Shown piece after piece: positions 20,201 to 28,224 of a stretch of 64,000 nt of DNA (positions are counted from its first letter, which is position 1; every line of letters starts with the position of its first letter). Location: NCBI GenBank assembly GCA_012522765.1, contig JAAYJW010000331.1, positions 2,331-66,330 on the forward strand, read 5' to 3'. The translations under genes were made by a program, and so were the position numbers. Source of the DNA: a candidate division WS1 bacterium (GTDB taxonomy: Bacteria > Armatimonadota > Zipacnadia > Zipacnadales > UBA5352). The notes under the pieces were generated by a model that saw only the letters and a program-made list of their open reading frames with translations, had not been told where the DNA came from and made no database searches.

Positions 20201-20328
20201 AGCGCCCCGGCCGCGATGATGGCCCCAACCGCCAGGCCCTGCAGCAGCCCGACCGCCGCCGCGAGCAGCCGGCGGCGGACCACGTAGGGCCCAAGTGCGG
20301 CCAGGAGGTCAGACCTGACGGGCGTCAC
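17239..20328 (-). CDS. Large membrane-anchored coiled-coil protein (1029 aa), function unknown
   Basis: Three N-terminal TM segments, a beta-rich region, then about 500 aa of charged E/R/Q/A coiled coil. C-terminus ...LPRGWEDLVREYYRALGRER. Coupled between the ABC and TPR genes. Confidence 0.6.
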   Translation of the reverse strand: MTPVRSDLLAALGPYVVRRRLLAAAVGLLQGLAVGAIIAAGALLLMGREVLQSPAALLLLPVALLPALARIVSPLRPLDAALAVERAFPFLQDTVATAVDLLTRDPGRAPRSEAAVVRVAREATCALNDLPIARAAPVRMLRTPAVTACLALGLAMLAWAAAPSAPTPAVEAPALTSAEDAEPIVTQPPSIFDLSLVIDPPAYCNQPRRTTTSGIDAVRAPLGSSITISATAIPESAQAIFTAEPGGDAEMAAQPDGRRVHSFTLTSRLRWRLTSRDAGATTATPWRALEPVEDQPPLVRLVRPESDLSLLMAAPVEVAIAASDDYGISTLGLRYRLGEDEQWRSLPLQSAPGAVASANARLNPAALGLKPGGELLLCAYATDNDAFSGRKTSVSAPIRITLGAAAEFEQAAPETPLEQAQSEEADALEELQRTAEALQRELTEALRGIASGDAGGADEEATPTRPGFELQEAARRLQEQAGRLEQAMRRAEEQLAESGLMTPELVEKVRELHELMRDVMDEELRKALDELQRAMEAQSPEEMRMSLERAQEAQERFMQRLEQTLSLLRRARLEALLGQLRQEAERLLARQQQLSEETAKLPDGRSDESRRTGNEQRALARDTAPLSERVEAGVEQAREVDAEVAARLGAIADRLQREDPAAQMRRATGAIERGQPSDAGESQQQASRSLEGAAADLRELEEQFRSDFSAEARKRLAEMLRDTLVISQGEEDVTRSVAESRGRSRNDLLLDKRPTAPLRRRQSTLASAAGRLAERMHELAGQAPVINPMLPAAARVIADEMGQIAREIEGADIITAHDRGRNVMRGLNELAQLLLEADEQLSQQSAQSALQQYMEQLKSLSQRQQALNEEAAGSEQGGRQPGQMPGMSPSQMAFEQALIRRALEEMMRRGGEATGSMTDQLGGVPGEMEKVEGDLRSGRLQRETIERQGRILEKMLEAQRSLYTKERESPERKAERPSAFEPPPSPPALSPSLTRTRGIEVHRGRGADRLPRGWEDLVREYYRALGRER

Positions 20329-20355
20329 AGGCGCATCCTCCGGATGCTGCTGGGT

Positions 20356-22230
20356 CTACTCCTCGGGCGGCCCCGCGAAATCCGGACGTCCCTGCCCGAA
20401 CCACACGTCCTGCAGGCGGAACTGCCGGTTGTACATCTCTGCGTAGACGCCGTTGCGGGCCATGAGCTGCTCGTGATTGTCCTCCTCGACGATCTGCCCG
20501 CCCTGAATGACGAGTATCTTGTCGGCGTCACGCACGGTAGAGAGCCGGTGGGCGATCACGAAGGTGGTCCGATTGTGTCGCAGGTTGTCCAGCGCGCGCT
20601 GGATGAGCTGCTCGGCCTCGGTGTCTACCAGTGAGGTGGCCTCGTCAAGGATCAGGATGCGCGGGTCAGCGAGCAGCGCGCGAGCAATCGCGATCCGCTG
20701 CTTCTGTCCACCGGAGAGCTTCACGCCGCGTTCGCCTATCATCGTGTCATACTGCTCGGACAGGTCCTTGATGAACTCCCAGGCGTACGCCCGCTCCGCG
20801 GCCTCTTCGATCTCCTCGTCGGTCGCGTCAATCCGGCCGTAGCGGATGTTGTTGCGCACCGTGTCATTGAACAGGAAGGTGTCCTGCAGCACGATGCCGA
20901 TCTGCGACCGTAGGCTGTCAAGCTTCACGTCGCGCACGTCATGCCCATCCACCAGCACCCGGCCCTCCTGCGGGTCGTAGAAGCGGGGGATCAGGTTCAC
21001 CAGCGAAGTCTTCCCGGCACCCGAACGGCCCACGATCGCGACCGTCTCACCGGGCTCGGCCGTCACCGACACGTGCTCCAGCACGATCTCCCCGGTGGAG
21101 TAGCGGAAGGTGATGTCGTCAAGCTCGACGTGCCCCTCGACCTCGGGCAGCTCGATGGCATCCGGCTTCTCCTTGATCTTCGGCTCCTCGTCGAGCAGTT
21201 GGAAGATGCGGGCAAGCGACGCGAGCGCGCGGTTGAATACATTATGCACACGCACGAGGCTGCCGATCGGCTGATAGAAGTGCTGCATGTAGGCGAGGAA
21301 CGCGAGGACATCGCCGCCGGTGACCAGCCCGGTGGTGGTCATCGCCGCCCCGCGCCAGATCACTAGGATCAGACCGATGGACGTGATGAAGCCCATCGCA
21401 GGAAAAAACGTGGTCCACAGCCAGATGCCCCTCACGTTAGAGCGGAAGTAGTCGGTGCTTTCGTCGGCAAAGCGCCCGTACTCGTGCTCCTCGCGATTGA
21501 AAGCCTTCACGACCTGCGTGCCCTCGAGGCTCTCCTGCAGCCGGGCGTTGATGTCGCCAAGCTTCTCCCGGATGTGCTCGTAGAGCGGACGGATGATGCG
21601 CCCGAAGATGACGATGCCAACCACGAAGATCGGCAGTGGCGCCATTCCGACGAGGGCGAGGTGCGTGTTCATCCAGAGGATGATGGCGATGGTGGCAATG
21701 ACCGTGATCGAGTCCGAGATGAGGGTGTCTACGCCATGCACCACCATGTCCTCAACTGCGTTCACATCGTTGGAGATGCGCGACATGATGTCGCCGGTGC
21801 GCCGCGTCTCGAAGAACTCCAGCGGCTGGCGCAGCAGGTGCCGGTACGCGTTGAGCCGCACATCAAGCACAAAGCGCTGACCAAGCTGGTGCATAACGTT
21901 CATCCGGACGGCGCGGAAAAGCTCCATGGCGAAGAAGGTAGCGAGCAGCAGCCAGCCGAGGCGCGGCAGCGGGCCAAGATCGCCTGCCGCTATGACGTCA
22001 TCGTATATCTGCTTGAGGATCTGAGGGTAGTAAAGCGATGCCGCGGTTGCGGCGAGCATCGAGATCAGCCCGAGCAGCAGCTTGGGCCAGTGGGGGCCGA
22101 GGTATGCGGCGAACCACGCCAGCATGCGCCGGTCCGTGATGGACAGAGGCTCAACCTGCTCCTCGTAGCGATCTGCCTCGCGATGGTGTCCGCCGCCACC
22201 GCCTCGGCCGCGTCCGTGTCCGCCTAACAT
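20356..22230 (-). CDS. ABC transporter, fused permease/ATPase (type I exporter, MsbA-like)
   Basis: Six-TM domain plus NBD. Walker A GRSGAGKTS, signature LSGGQKQRIAIARAL, Walker B ILILDEATS. True start may be the internal Met (MLAWFAAYL); the G/R-rich N-terminus is doubtful. Confidence 0.88.
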   Translation of the reverse strand: MLGGHGRGRGGGGGHHREADRYEEQVEPLSITDRRMLAWFAAYLGPHWPKLLLGLISMLAATAASLYYPQILKQIYDDVIAAGDLGPLPRLGWLLLATFFAMELFRAVRMNVMHQLGQRFVLDVRLNAYRHLLRQPLEFFETRRTGDIMSRISNDVNAVEDMVVHGVDTLISDSITVIATIAIILWMNTHLALVGMAPLPIFVVGIVIFGRIIRPLYEHIREKLGDINARLQESLEGTQVVKAFNREEHEYGRFADESTDYFRSNVRGIWLWTTFFPAMGFITSIGLILVIWRGAAMTTTGLVTGGDVLAFLAYMQHFYQPIGSLVRVHNVFNRALASLARIFQLLDEEPKIKEKPDAIELPEVEGHVELDDITFRYSTGEIVLEHVSVTAEPGETVAIVGRSGAGKTSLVNLIPRFYDPQEGRVLVDGHDVRDVKLDSLRSQIGIVLQDTFLFNDTVRNNIRYGRIDATDEEIEEAAERAYAWEFIKDLSEQYDTMIGERGVKLSGGQKQRIAIARALLADPRILILDEATSLVDTEAEQLIQRALDNLRHNRTTFVIAHRLSTVRDADKILVIQGGQIVEEDNHEQLMARNGVYAEMYNRQFRLQDVWFGQGRPDFAGPPEE

Positions 22231-22427
22231 TCAGGTCACTCCAGGGTGAACGGGCATTGCCGGTGGGAAAGCGGATTGCGCCGGTGAGGTGTGCGTAGAG
22301 CAGGGGCACATACCCTCGGGCCTCCCCCGTCGCCCCGACATCTGCAACGGGTGCATTATACCGGGAGGGTGCTGATGATGGCAAGTTCGCCGTTGGCCGA
22401 TGTGCACAGGCAGAACCCCCGTACAAG

Positions 22428-22458
22428 CGAACACCCGGCCTCAAGGACCGGGTGTTCG
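22428..22458 (-). terminator. Hairpin terminator downstream of csp
   Basis: cgaacacccggcctcaaggaccgggtgttcg has an 11-bp perfect stem and starts 23 nt after the csp stop. No U-tract follows it, which leaves the terminator call uncertain. Confidence 0.5.
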
Positions 22459-22480
22459 ATAGCTGTTTAGCTAGATGAGT

Positions 22481-22717
22481 CTACCACCGGCTGGCGGAGT
22501 CGCCACCGGGGGCGGCGTCGATCACAACGACGTTCGTGGCACGGGGGCCCTTCGCGTCCTGCTCGATGTCGAACTCGACTTTCGAACCCTCGGTCAGGCT
22601 CTTGTAGCCCTCACCAGCGATTGCGGAGTAATGCACGAATGCATCCTCGCCGTTCTCGGTCTCGATGAAGCCGAAGCCCTTGCCGTCGTCGAACCATTTG
22701 ACTGTTCCAGTCGCCAT
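22481..22717 (-). CDS. csp: Cold-shock protein (CspA family)
   Basis: [33 protein letters not shown] with RNP1/RNP2 motifs. 78 aa with a short C-terminal extension. Confidence 0.92.
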   Translation of the reverse strand: MATGTVKWFDDGKGFGFIETENGEDAFVHYSAIAGEGYKSLTEGSKVEFDIEQDAKGPRATNVVVIDAAPGGDSASRW

Positions 22718-22913
22718 CTGTGTCCTGCCTCCTGTACTTCCTTCGCAGCATCTCTGCCCGTCCGCCGGGAGACAAGCTCACGAGCGACTCGAACATCGAT
22801 CCTCCGCGCGGCGTTCCGCCGCGTTTCTTCCTGTATACCCTATCACACTCGCGCCAATTGTGCAAGGCCTCTTCACAAAAACTAATTACAGGGGAAGCTT
22901 TGCGCTCTTTCGT

Positions 22914-24602
22914 TCAACGGAACCTGACCCAGCCGAACCCCGGACCGATGTACGTGCTCCCACCGCCGAGGTCGCCGGTGAGCCCGAAGCTGTGGTCCGC
23001 ATCAGCGCGCTCAAGCTGAGACCGCTCTCCCACCCGCGCCAGCAGATTCTGCGCCTCCAGCAGTCCCGGCTCGATCGAGAGCACCGCCCGCAACTGCTCC
23101 TCCGCCCCCTCAAAATCCCTCATCGCCGCGAGCGACGACGCCATCGCCATCCGCACCGGGATCAGCCCCGGGTCCTCATCCAGTACGCTTCGCCACAGCC
23201 GCAGCGCCTCATCGGTGCGCCCCTCATCCGCCGCGATCGCGCCCAGGTGCAGCCGCGCCGACAGGCGCACTTCGTCCCGCTCTGTCAGTCTCGCCGCCCG
23301 CTCCAGCGCCTCGCGTGCCTCCCTCCGCCGTTGCAGTGCCGCCAGCGACACGCCGAGGTCATGCCAGGCGTCATCGTCCTCCGCGTCCAGCCGCAGCCCC
23401 TTCTTGTATGACGCCACGGCCTCAGTGAAACGATTGCCGACCGCCAGCAGGTCCCCCAACTCATTGTGCAGTGCGGCGCTCTGTGGGTCGCGACTGATGG
23501 CTCGACGATACGCGCTCTCAGCCGCCCGCAGGTCGCCCTGCGCCAGCAGCCTCCGCGCATGCTTGTGATAGTACTCCTGCATCTCATCGGCCTCGGGCCC
23601 TTCGCTCTGCACCAGGCCGCAGGCGAGGCAGACGCGGCCGGCGGGCGATACCGGGCGACGGCATGCGGTGCAGACGCGTACGCGCGGACCCGCCGCGGTG
23701 GGTGCGACATCCGGTCCGTGGCCGATGGCGCGGGCGGGCATGGACCTGCGCGCGCGATCGCCACGGATCATGTCGCCGAAGGCGTTGACACTGAGAGGCC
23801 GCCGGTCAGCTTCATCGGAGATCGCCGCCGCGATCGCGCCGCGCAACCCGGCGGGGGTAGCCGCGGGAAGCAGGTCGATCTCCAGCGGCGGCAGTCCCTC
23901 TGAGGCCAACGCGACCCCGCCCACCTCAAGGTATGAGAAGCGCCCGACTCCCGCCGCGGGCGTCGCATCCGGCACGCCCGCAAGCGCGATGAAGAGCAGC
24001 ACACCGAGGCTGTAGATGTCCGAGAGCGGGTTGATGATGCCGCCATTGCGGAACTCGGGCGCGAAGGAAAGCTCGTGCCCCGCGGAGTAGCGCGGGCGCT
24101 TCCGGGTAGAGTTGGCGTAGAGCGCGGCGATGGCGAAGTCCGTGATCAGCACGCCACCGTCGGGCATCAGGAAGACGTTCTCGGGCCGCAGACTCGTGTG
24201 ATACACGCAGCGCTGATGGGCGTACTGCAGGCCGGCACAAAGCTGGCGCGCGATTGACAGAACCTCCTGCGGATCGAGCAAGCCGTCATGCTCCAGCACC
24301 TCGGCGAGTGAGCGCCCGCCGGCGACCTCTTCGACTATCGCGACATGCTTGCCCGCCAGCACGATGTGCCTGACGTTGCAGATGGTCGGGTGTGTCATCG
24401 CCACAACGACGCGCGCGATCCGGCTGAATGCGTCGCCGAGACTGCCCTTGACGGGCTCATGCAACCGCTTGAGCGCCAGACGCTGGTGCTTTTCCTCGTC
24501 GAGGACCGCGTACACGGTGCCGTGCGGGCCGGAGCCGATGACATCCTGCACCGCGTAGGGACCTACACGGACCGTTTCGTCGCCATGAGTGTTGTCAGGC
24601 AT
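22914..24602 (-). CDS. Hanks-type protein kinase-fold protein (predicted pseudokinase) fused to zinc ribbon and TPR repeats
   Basis: Gly-loop IGSGPHGTVY, VAIK-like LALKRL, APE SFAPEF, and DIYSLGVLL are present. The catalytic loop reads YHTSLRPEN rather than HRDLKPEN, and DFG is DFA. CxxC...CxxC (CTACRRPVSPAGRVCLACG) is followed by TPR repeats. Confidence 0.75.
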   Translation of the reverse strand: MPDNTHGDETVRVGPYAVQDVIGSGPHGTVYAVLDEEKHQRLALKRLHEPVKGSLGDAFSRIARVVVAMTHPTICNVRHIVLAGKHVAIVEEVAGGRSLAEVLEHDGLLDPQEVLSIARQLCAGLQYAHQRCVYHTSLRPENVFLMPDGGVLITDFAIAALYANSTRKRPRYSAGHELSFAPEFRNGGIINPLSDIYSLGVLLFIALAGVPDATPAAGVGRFSYLEVGGVALASEGLPPLEIDLLPAATPAGLRGAIAAAISDEADRRPLSVNAFGDMIRGDRARRSMPARAIGHGPDVAPTAAGPRVRVCTACRRPVSPAGRVCLACGLVQSEGPEADEMQEYYHKHARRLLAQGDLRAAESAYRRAISRDPQSAALHNELGDLLAVGNRFTEAVASYKKGLRLDAEDDDAWHDLGVSLAALQRRREAREALERAARLTERDEVRLSARLHLGAIAADEGRTDEALRLWRSVLDEDPGLIPVRMAMASSLAAMRDFEGAEEQLRAVLSIEPGLLEAQNLLARVGERSQLERADADHSFGLTGDLGGGSTYIGPGFGWVRFR

Positions 24603-24732
24603 CTGAGACCGACTCGCATTTCGCCGTGGCGGACACGAGTGCCTTCAAGCGAGAGGTCAGGTTCGGTGGCGTGTCGAAGATTCGCTGGAGCCAGCCGGGG
24701 CACGGCTGCATACCGATTGCAGGAGGTCAAAG

Positions 24733-25146
24733 ATGCCGATCTGCTCTATCTGCGGAACGACGATCGAAGCGGACGCCAAGTTCTGCGCTGAGTGCGGGGC
24801 CGGAGTTGGGAACGAGGAGGAGATGGATGTATCCGAGACGATGATCGCGATGGCCGCGGAGTATGAGCGCAAGGTGCGCGAGAATCCCGAAGATACCTCC
24901 GCTCGCTATGATCTCGGGTTGGCCCGGATGTACGAGCGCAAGTGGGGTCGCGCGGCGGAGCAGTTCCAGCGCGTCATTGATCTGCAGCCGGAGTTCGCCG
25001 ATGCGCATGCGAACCTCTCGGTCTGCCTCTCCAAGCTCGGTCAACCCGACCGCGCGCTCGAAGAGGCGGAGACCGCGATCGAGCTTGATCCGGGCAAGAA
25101 GCGCTACAGGAAGATCAAGCGCCAACTGACCGGCCGAACACACTGA
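24733..25146 (+). CDS. Zinc-ribbon + TPR small protein
   Basis: N-terminal MPICSICGTTIEADAKFCAECG followed by two or three TPR motifs. Divergent from the pseudokinase gene. Confidence 0.65.
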   Translation: MPICSICGTTIEADAKFCAECGAGVGNEEEMDVSETMIAMAAEYERKVRENPEDTSARYDLGLARMYERKWGRAAEQFQRVIDLQPEFADAHANLSVCLSKLGQPDRALEEAETAIELDPGKKRYRKIKRQLTGRTH

Positions 25147-25148
25147 GA

Positions 25149-26169
25149 TCAGCCGCGCGGCATCTCGGGCCTGCCGCGATTGGCCGAAGAACGATCGGCG
25201 GCGAGGCAGACGCGACTGGTGCGGATGCCGTCCGCGATATCCGGCACCGCATCGCGCCCCTCAAGCAGACACTCAACGAGGTGGTCTATCTCCTGCTGGA
25301 ACGGATGATGGGCTACGTCCCCTGAGTCAGGCGTGACGCACGGGATCTTCATGTACTCCTGCTGCTTGGGCGCCAGCACGCGTGAGTACACCTCGTTGCC
25401 CAGCGCCGTCCCCTCGCTGCCCATGACCTTCACGTTGAAACGGTAGGGCGAGACGATCTCAAGGATCGCCGACGTCTTCCCGATCGCCCCGCTCGCGTAC
25501 TCGAAGGTGCAGACCGTCGCGGTGTCATACTCAAAGCCCAGCGACGGGTTGTTGTGCGAGTGCGCAGTGACGACCGCCACCTCTCCCATGAAGTTGCGCG
25601 CCATGTCCACCGCATGACAGCCGCCGGTAAGCATCGCGCTGCCGGCGAGGTCCTTCTTCGCGATCCATCTGTCGGCGCGGATGACGCTCCCCACCCCGTG
25701 CCAGTAGTCGGTCTCGCAGTAGAACAGCTCCCCCAGCGCCCCTCGATCCACGAGGTTCTTGACGTTGATGACCTGCTGGTTCCACCGCAGCACGTAGCTC
25801 ATCACGCTCTTGATGCCGGCGCTCTCGACTGCCGCGGCCAGCTCGTCAAGCTCCTCCTCGCTGATCCCGGCGGGCTTCTCCAGCGCAATGTGCTTTCCCG
25901 CCTGCGCCGCCGCGATTGCATCCGAGGCGTGGAGGTAGTTCGGCGTGGTGACCGAGACGATCTCCACCTCATCATCGGCGAGCAGTTCGTCGTAGTCGGC
26001 GTAAATGCGGCAGTCGAGGCCAAGCTCGGCCACGAGCTTCTCCGCGCTTGAGCGCGTGCGACTGGTGACGCCCACGATCCGCGTGTGCGGGTTCGTCATG
26101 TATGCCTTCGCGTGCTCATACGCCACCCAGCCGCAGGCGTTGATTGCCGCTCCCCAGGTCTCGCTCATT
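25149..26169 (-). CDS. Gfo/Idh/MocA family oxidoreductase
   Basis: N-terminal Rossmann region AINACGWVAYEHAKAY, EKP motif IALEKPAG. Start MSETWG with AGGGAG RBS. Confidence 0.85.
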
Positions 26170-26190
26170 GTCATCTCCCTGTGCGTCAGT

Positions 26191-27798
26191 CTACTGTAGC
26201 GCCCCCGCATGTCGGCCCGCTGCCGGGTCGCCGGCCGTGTGGATCGTCCCATCTTCCTCGATCGCGAGCATCACCGGCATGGCGATGAAGCCGTCGGTCA
26301 CCGACACGTCATGCCCGCGCCCCGCAAGCTCCTGCCGCACGTCCTCCCCCACACCTGCGTTCACCTGCAGGCTGCCGGGAGCCTTGAGTGCGCGAGAGCG
26401 ATCAGGGTCGGAGTCGAACGAGTTCTCCAGGTGATCGGTGGAGAAGCGCGGGACCGTCAGCGCCTCCGCGGGAGCCATCCCGAACTCAAGATGGTTGAGC
26501 AGCACGTTGAGCGTCGTCTGGTCCTGCAGATCGCCACCCGCCACGCTGATCGCCGCCACGAGCCGCCCCTCCTGTGTCACCAGCGTCGGGGTGAGTGTCA
26601 CGCGAGGGCGCTTGCCGGGCTGGATGCGGTTCGGGTGCAGGGGGTTGGTGTTCATGCAGCGCAGGCGATTGCCCTGCGTGACGCCCGTGCGCGGGTCAGG
26701 CTGATTGCCGCACAGGTTGCAGCTTGGCGTCGCGGCGACGACGTTCCCCCACCGATCCGCGACGACGCAGGTGGTGGTGTCGGAGATCGGCGTCGTGACT
26801 TCATTCGCCGCTGCTGGCCCGCCGCCGATGAGCTGCAGCATCGCATACGGGTCGCCCGGACGCCGCTCCTGAGACGCCCGCGCCATGTCAACAAGCTGGC
26901 GGCGCATCTGCGTGTACTCGTCGCTGAGCAGCCGGGGCAGCGGCACGCCCACGAACTCCGGATCCGCGTAATACTCATCACGGTCGGCGTAGGCGAGCTT
27001 CATCGCCTCTGTCACGACATGCAGATGGTCGGGCGAGAGGTGTCCCATCGCCTGCAGATCGCGCTCCTCCAGCAGCCGCAGCGACTGGCAGAGCACCGGC
27101 CCCTGCGTCCATGGCCCGCACTTGTGCACCGCGAAGCCGCGGAAGTCCACCGACACGGGCGCCTCAAGCGCGGGCACCTGCGCGGCGAGGTCGCGTGCGG
27201 TCAGCGGTGAATCAACATCGGCGTACCACGCCAGCAGTTCCTTCGCGATGTCACCGCGGTAGAAATGATCGCGGGCGGCATGAAGCCCGGCCTCGCGCGG
27301 GCCGGAACTCCGCCGCTCGGCCTCCACCAGCCTGCGCAGCGTCTCGGCGAGCCGCGGGTGCCAGTCGGCATCGCCCGCATCGAGCAGCCGCAGCGTCGGC
27401 GCCACTGCCCGGTCAAAGCCGATTGTGCCGAAGCTGCCGAGCGCCGTCAGGCAAAGGTGCAGAGCACCCGGAACGGGCATAGCCCGGTAGTCGCCCTCGT
27501 CGAGGATCCCGTGCTCGTAGTACCACGCGATTGAGGCGGGATCGAGCGGCGCGCGGCCGATGCCGCTGAGCACACGCACCTGCTGCGACCGCGCCTCGTA
27601 GAGCATCAGCGGAATCTCGCCGCCGATGGCGAACAGGCCGTAGTCTGTGACCGCAAGCGCCAGGATCGTGGCGACCGCGGCGTCTATCGCGTTGCCGCCC
27701 TCCGCCAGCACTTCCAGGCCGGCGGCGACAGAGCCAGTGCCTCCTGCGGCCACGGCCCCGCCGGAGCCTGAGGCGCTCCAGCCAATCTGTTCGCGCAT
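26191..27798 (-). CDS. ggt: Gamma-glutamyltransferase family protein (no signal peptide)
   Basis: GGT fold with Thr nucleophile context TTTCVVADRWGNVVAATPS. 535 aa. Confidence 0.85.
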   Translation of the reverse strand: MREQIGWSASGSGGAVAAGGTGSVAAGLEVLAEGGNAIDAAVATILALAVTDYGLFAIGGEIPLMLYEARSQQVRVLSGIGRAPLDPASIAWYYEHGILDEGDYRAMPVPGALHLCLTALGSFGTIGFDRAVAPTLRLLDAGDADWHPRLAETLRRLVEAERRSSGPREAGLHAARDHFYRGDIAKELLAWYADVDSPLTARDLAAQVPALEAPVSVDFRGFAVHKCGPWTQGPVLCQSLRLLEERDLQAMGHLSPDHLHVVTEAMKLAYADRDEYYADPEFVGVPLPRLLSDEYTQMRRQLVDMARASQERRPGDPYAMLQLIGGGPAAANEVTTPISDTTTCVVADRWGNVVAATPSCNLCGNQPDPRTGVTQGNRLRCMNTNPLHPNRIQPGKRPRVTLTPTLVTQEGRLVAAISVAGGDLQDQTTLNVLLNHLEFGMAPAEALTVPRFSTDHLENSFDSDPDRSRALKAPGSLQVNAGVGEDVRQELAGRGHDVSVTDGFIAMPVMLAIEEDGTIHTAGDPAAGRHAGALQ

Positions 27799-28099
27799 CT
27801 GCTGCTTCCTCCGATCATCAATGCGTACGCACCGCTGTCGTTGCCTCGCCCCCCTCCGTTCCGGAGGGGCCTGCGAACGTTTCTCCTCCCGCGCTCATCC
27901 TGCCTGTCGCTAACACTTGAGTCCTCCCCCTCATCCCGAAGGGAGAGGGGGCCGGGGGGTGAGGCAGCCGTTGCCGCAGGAGAGGGCGGTCCTCCCGCCC
28001 GCGGGCGGGACCTCTTCGTGGTCGTTTCTGTGCAGCGGGCGCGACTGGACCGCACGGACAGGAGTGTCCGTGCCACGGAACGGCAACGTACTGCGACCC

Positions 28100-28150
28100 G
28101 CGTCGCTTCGCTCCGCCCCCTGCGAGGGCGCAGGGGTCACAACGACAACA
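28100..28150. repeat. REP-like palindromic element (copy 1)
   Basis: cgcgtcgcttcgctccgccccctgcgagggcgcaggggtcacaacgacaac, about 90% identical to the 38911-38960 copy. Core hairpin CCCCTGCG-AGG-GCGCAGGGG. The flanking 27840-28090 carries further GC hairpins. Confidence 0.6.
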
Positions 28151-28224
28151 CATTTGCGGCGCATGGACAGGGCGCATGTCGCGCGAAGGATCGAGCAGCG
28201 GGCGCATTCTGGGTTGCCGCCGCG

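Noticed and set aside
18790-20634. 614-aa plus-strand ORF
   Set aside because: Antisense to the 1029-aa coiled-coil gene and the ABC transporter start. R/Q/G/L-rich and motif-free.
22375-22470. 31-codon plus-strand ORF (MMASSPLADVHRQNPRTSEHPASRTGCSIAV) with GGGAGGG RBS
   Set aside because: It overlaps the csp terminator hairpin and lies in the promoter region of the minus-strand ABC operon. Composition is not protein-like. Probably a chance RBS.
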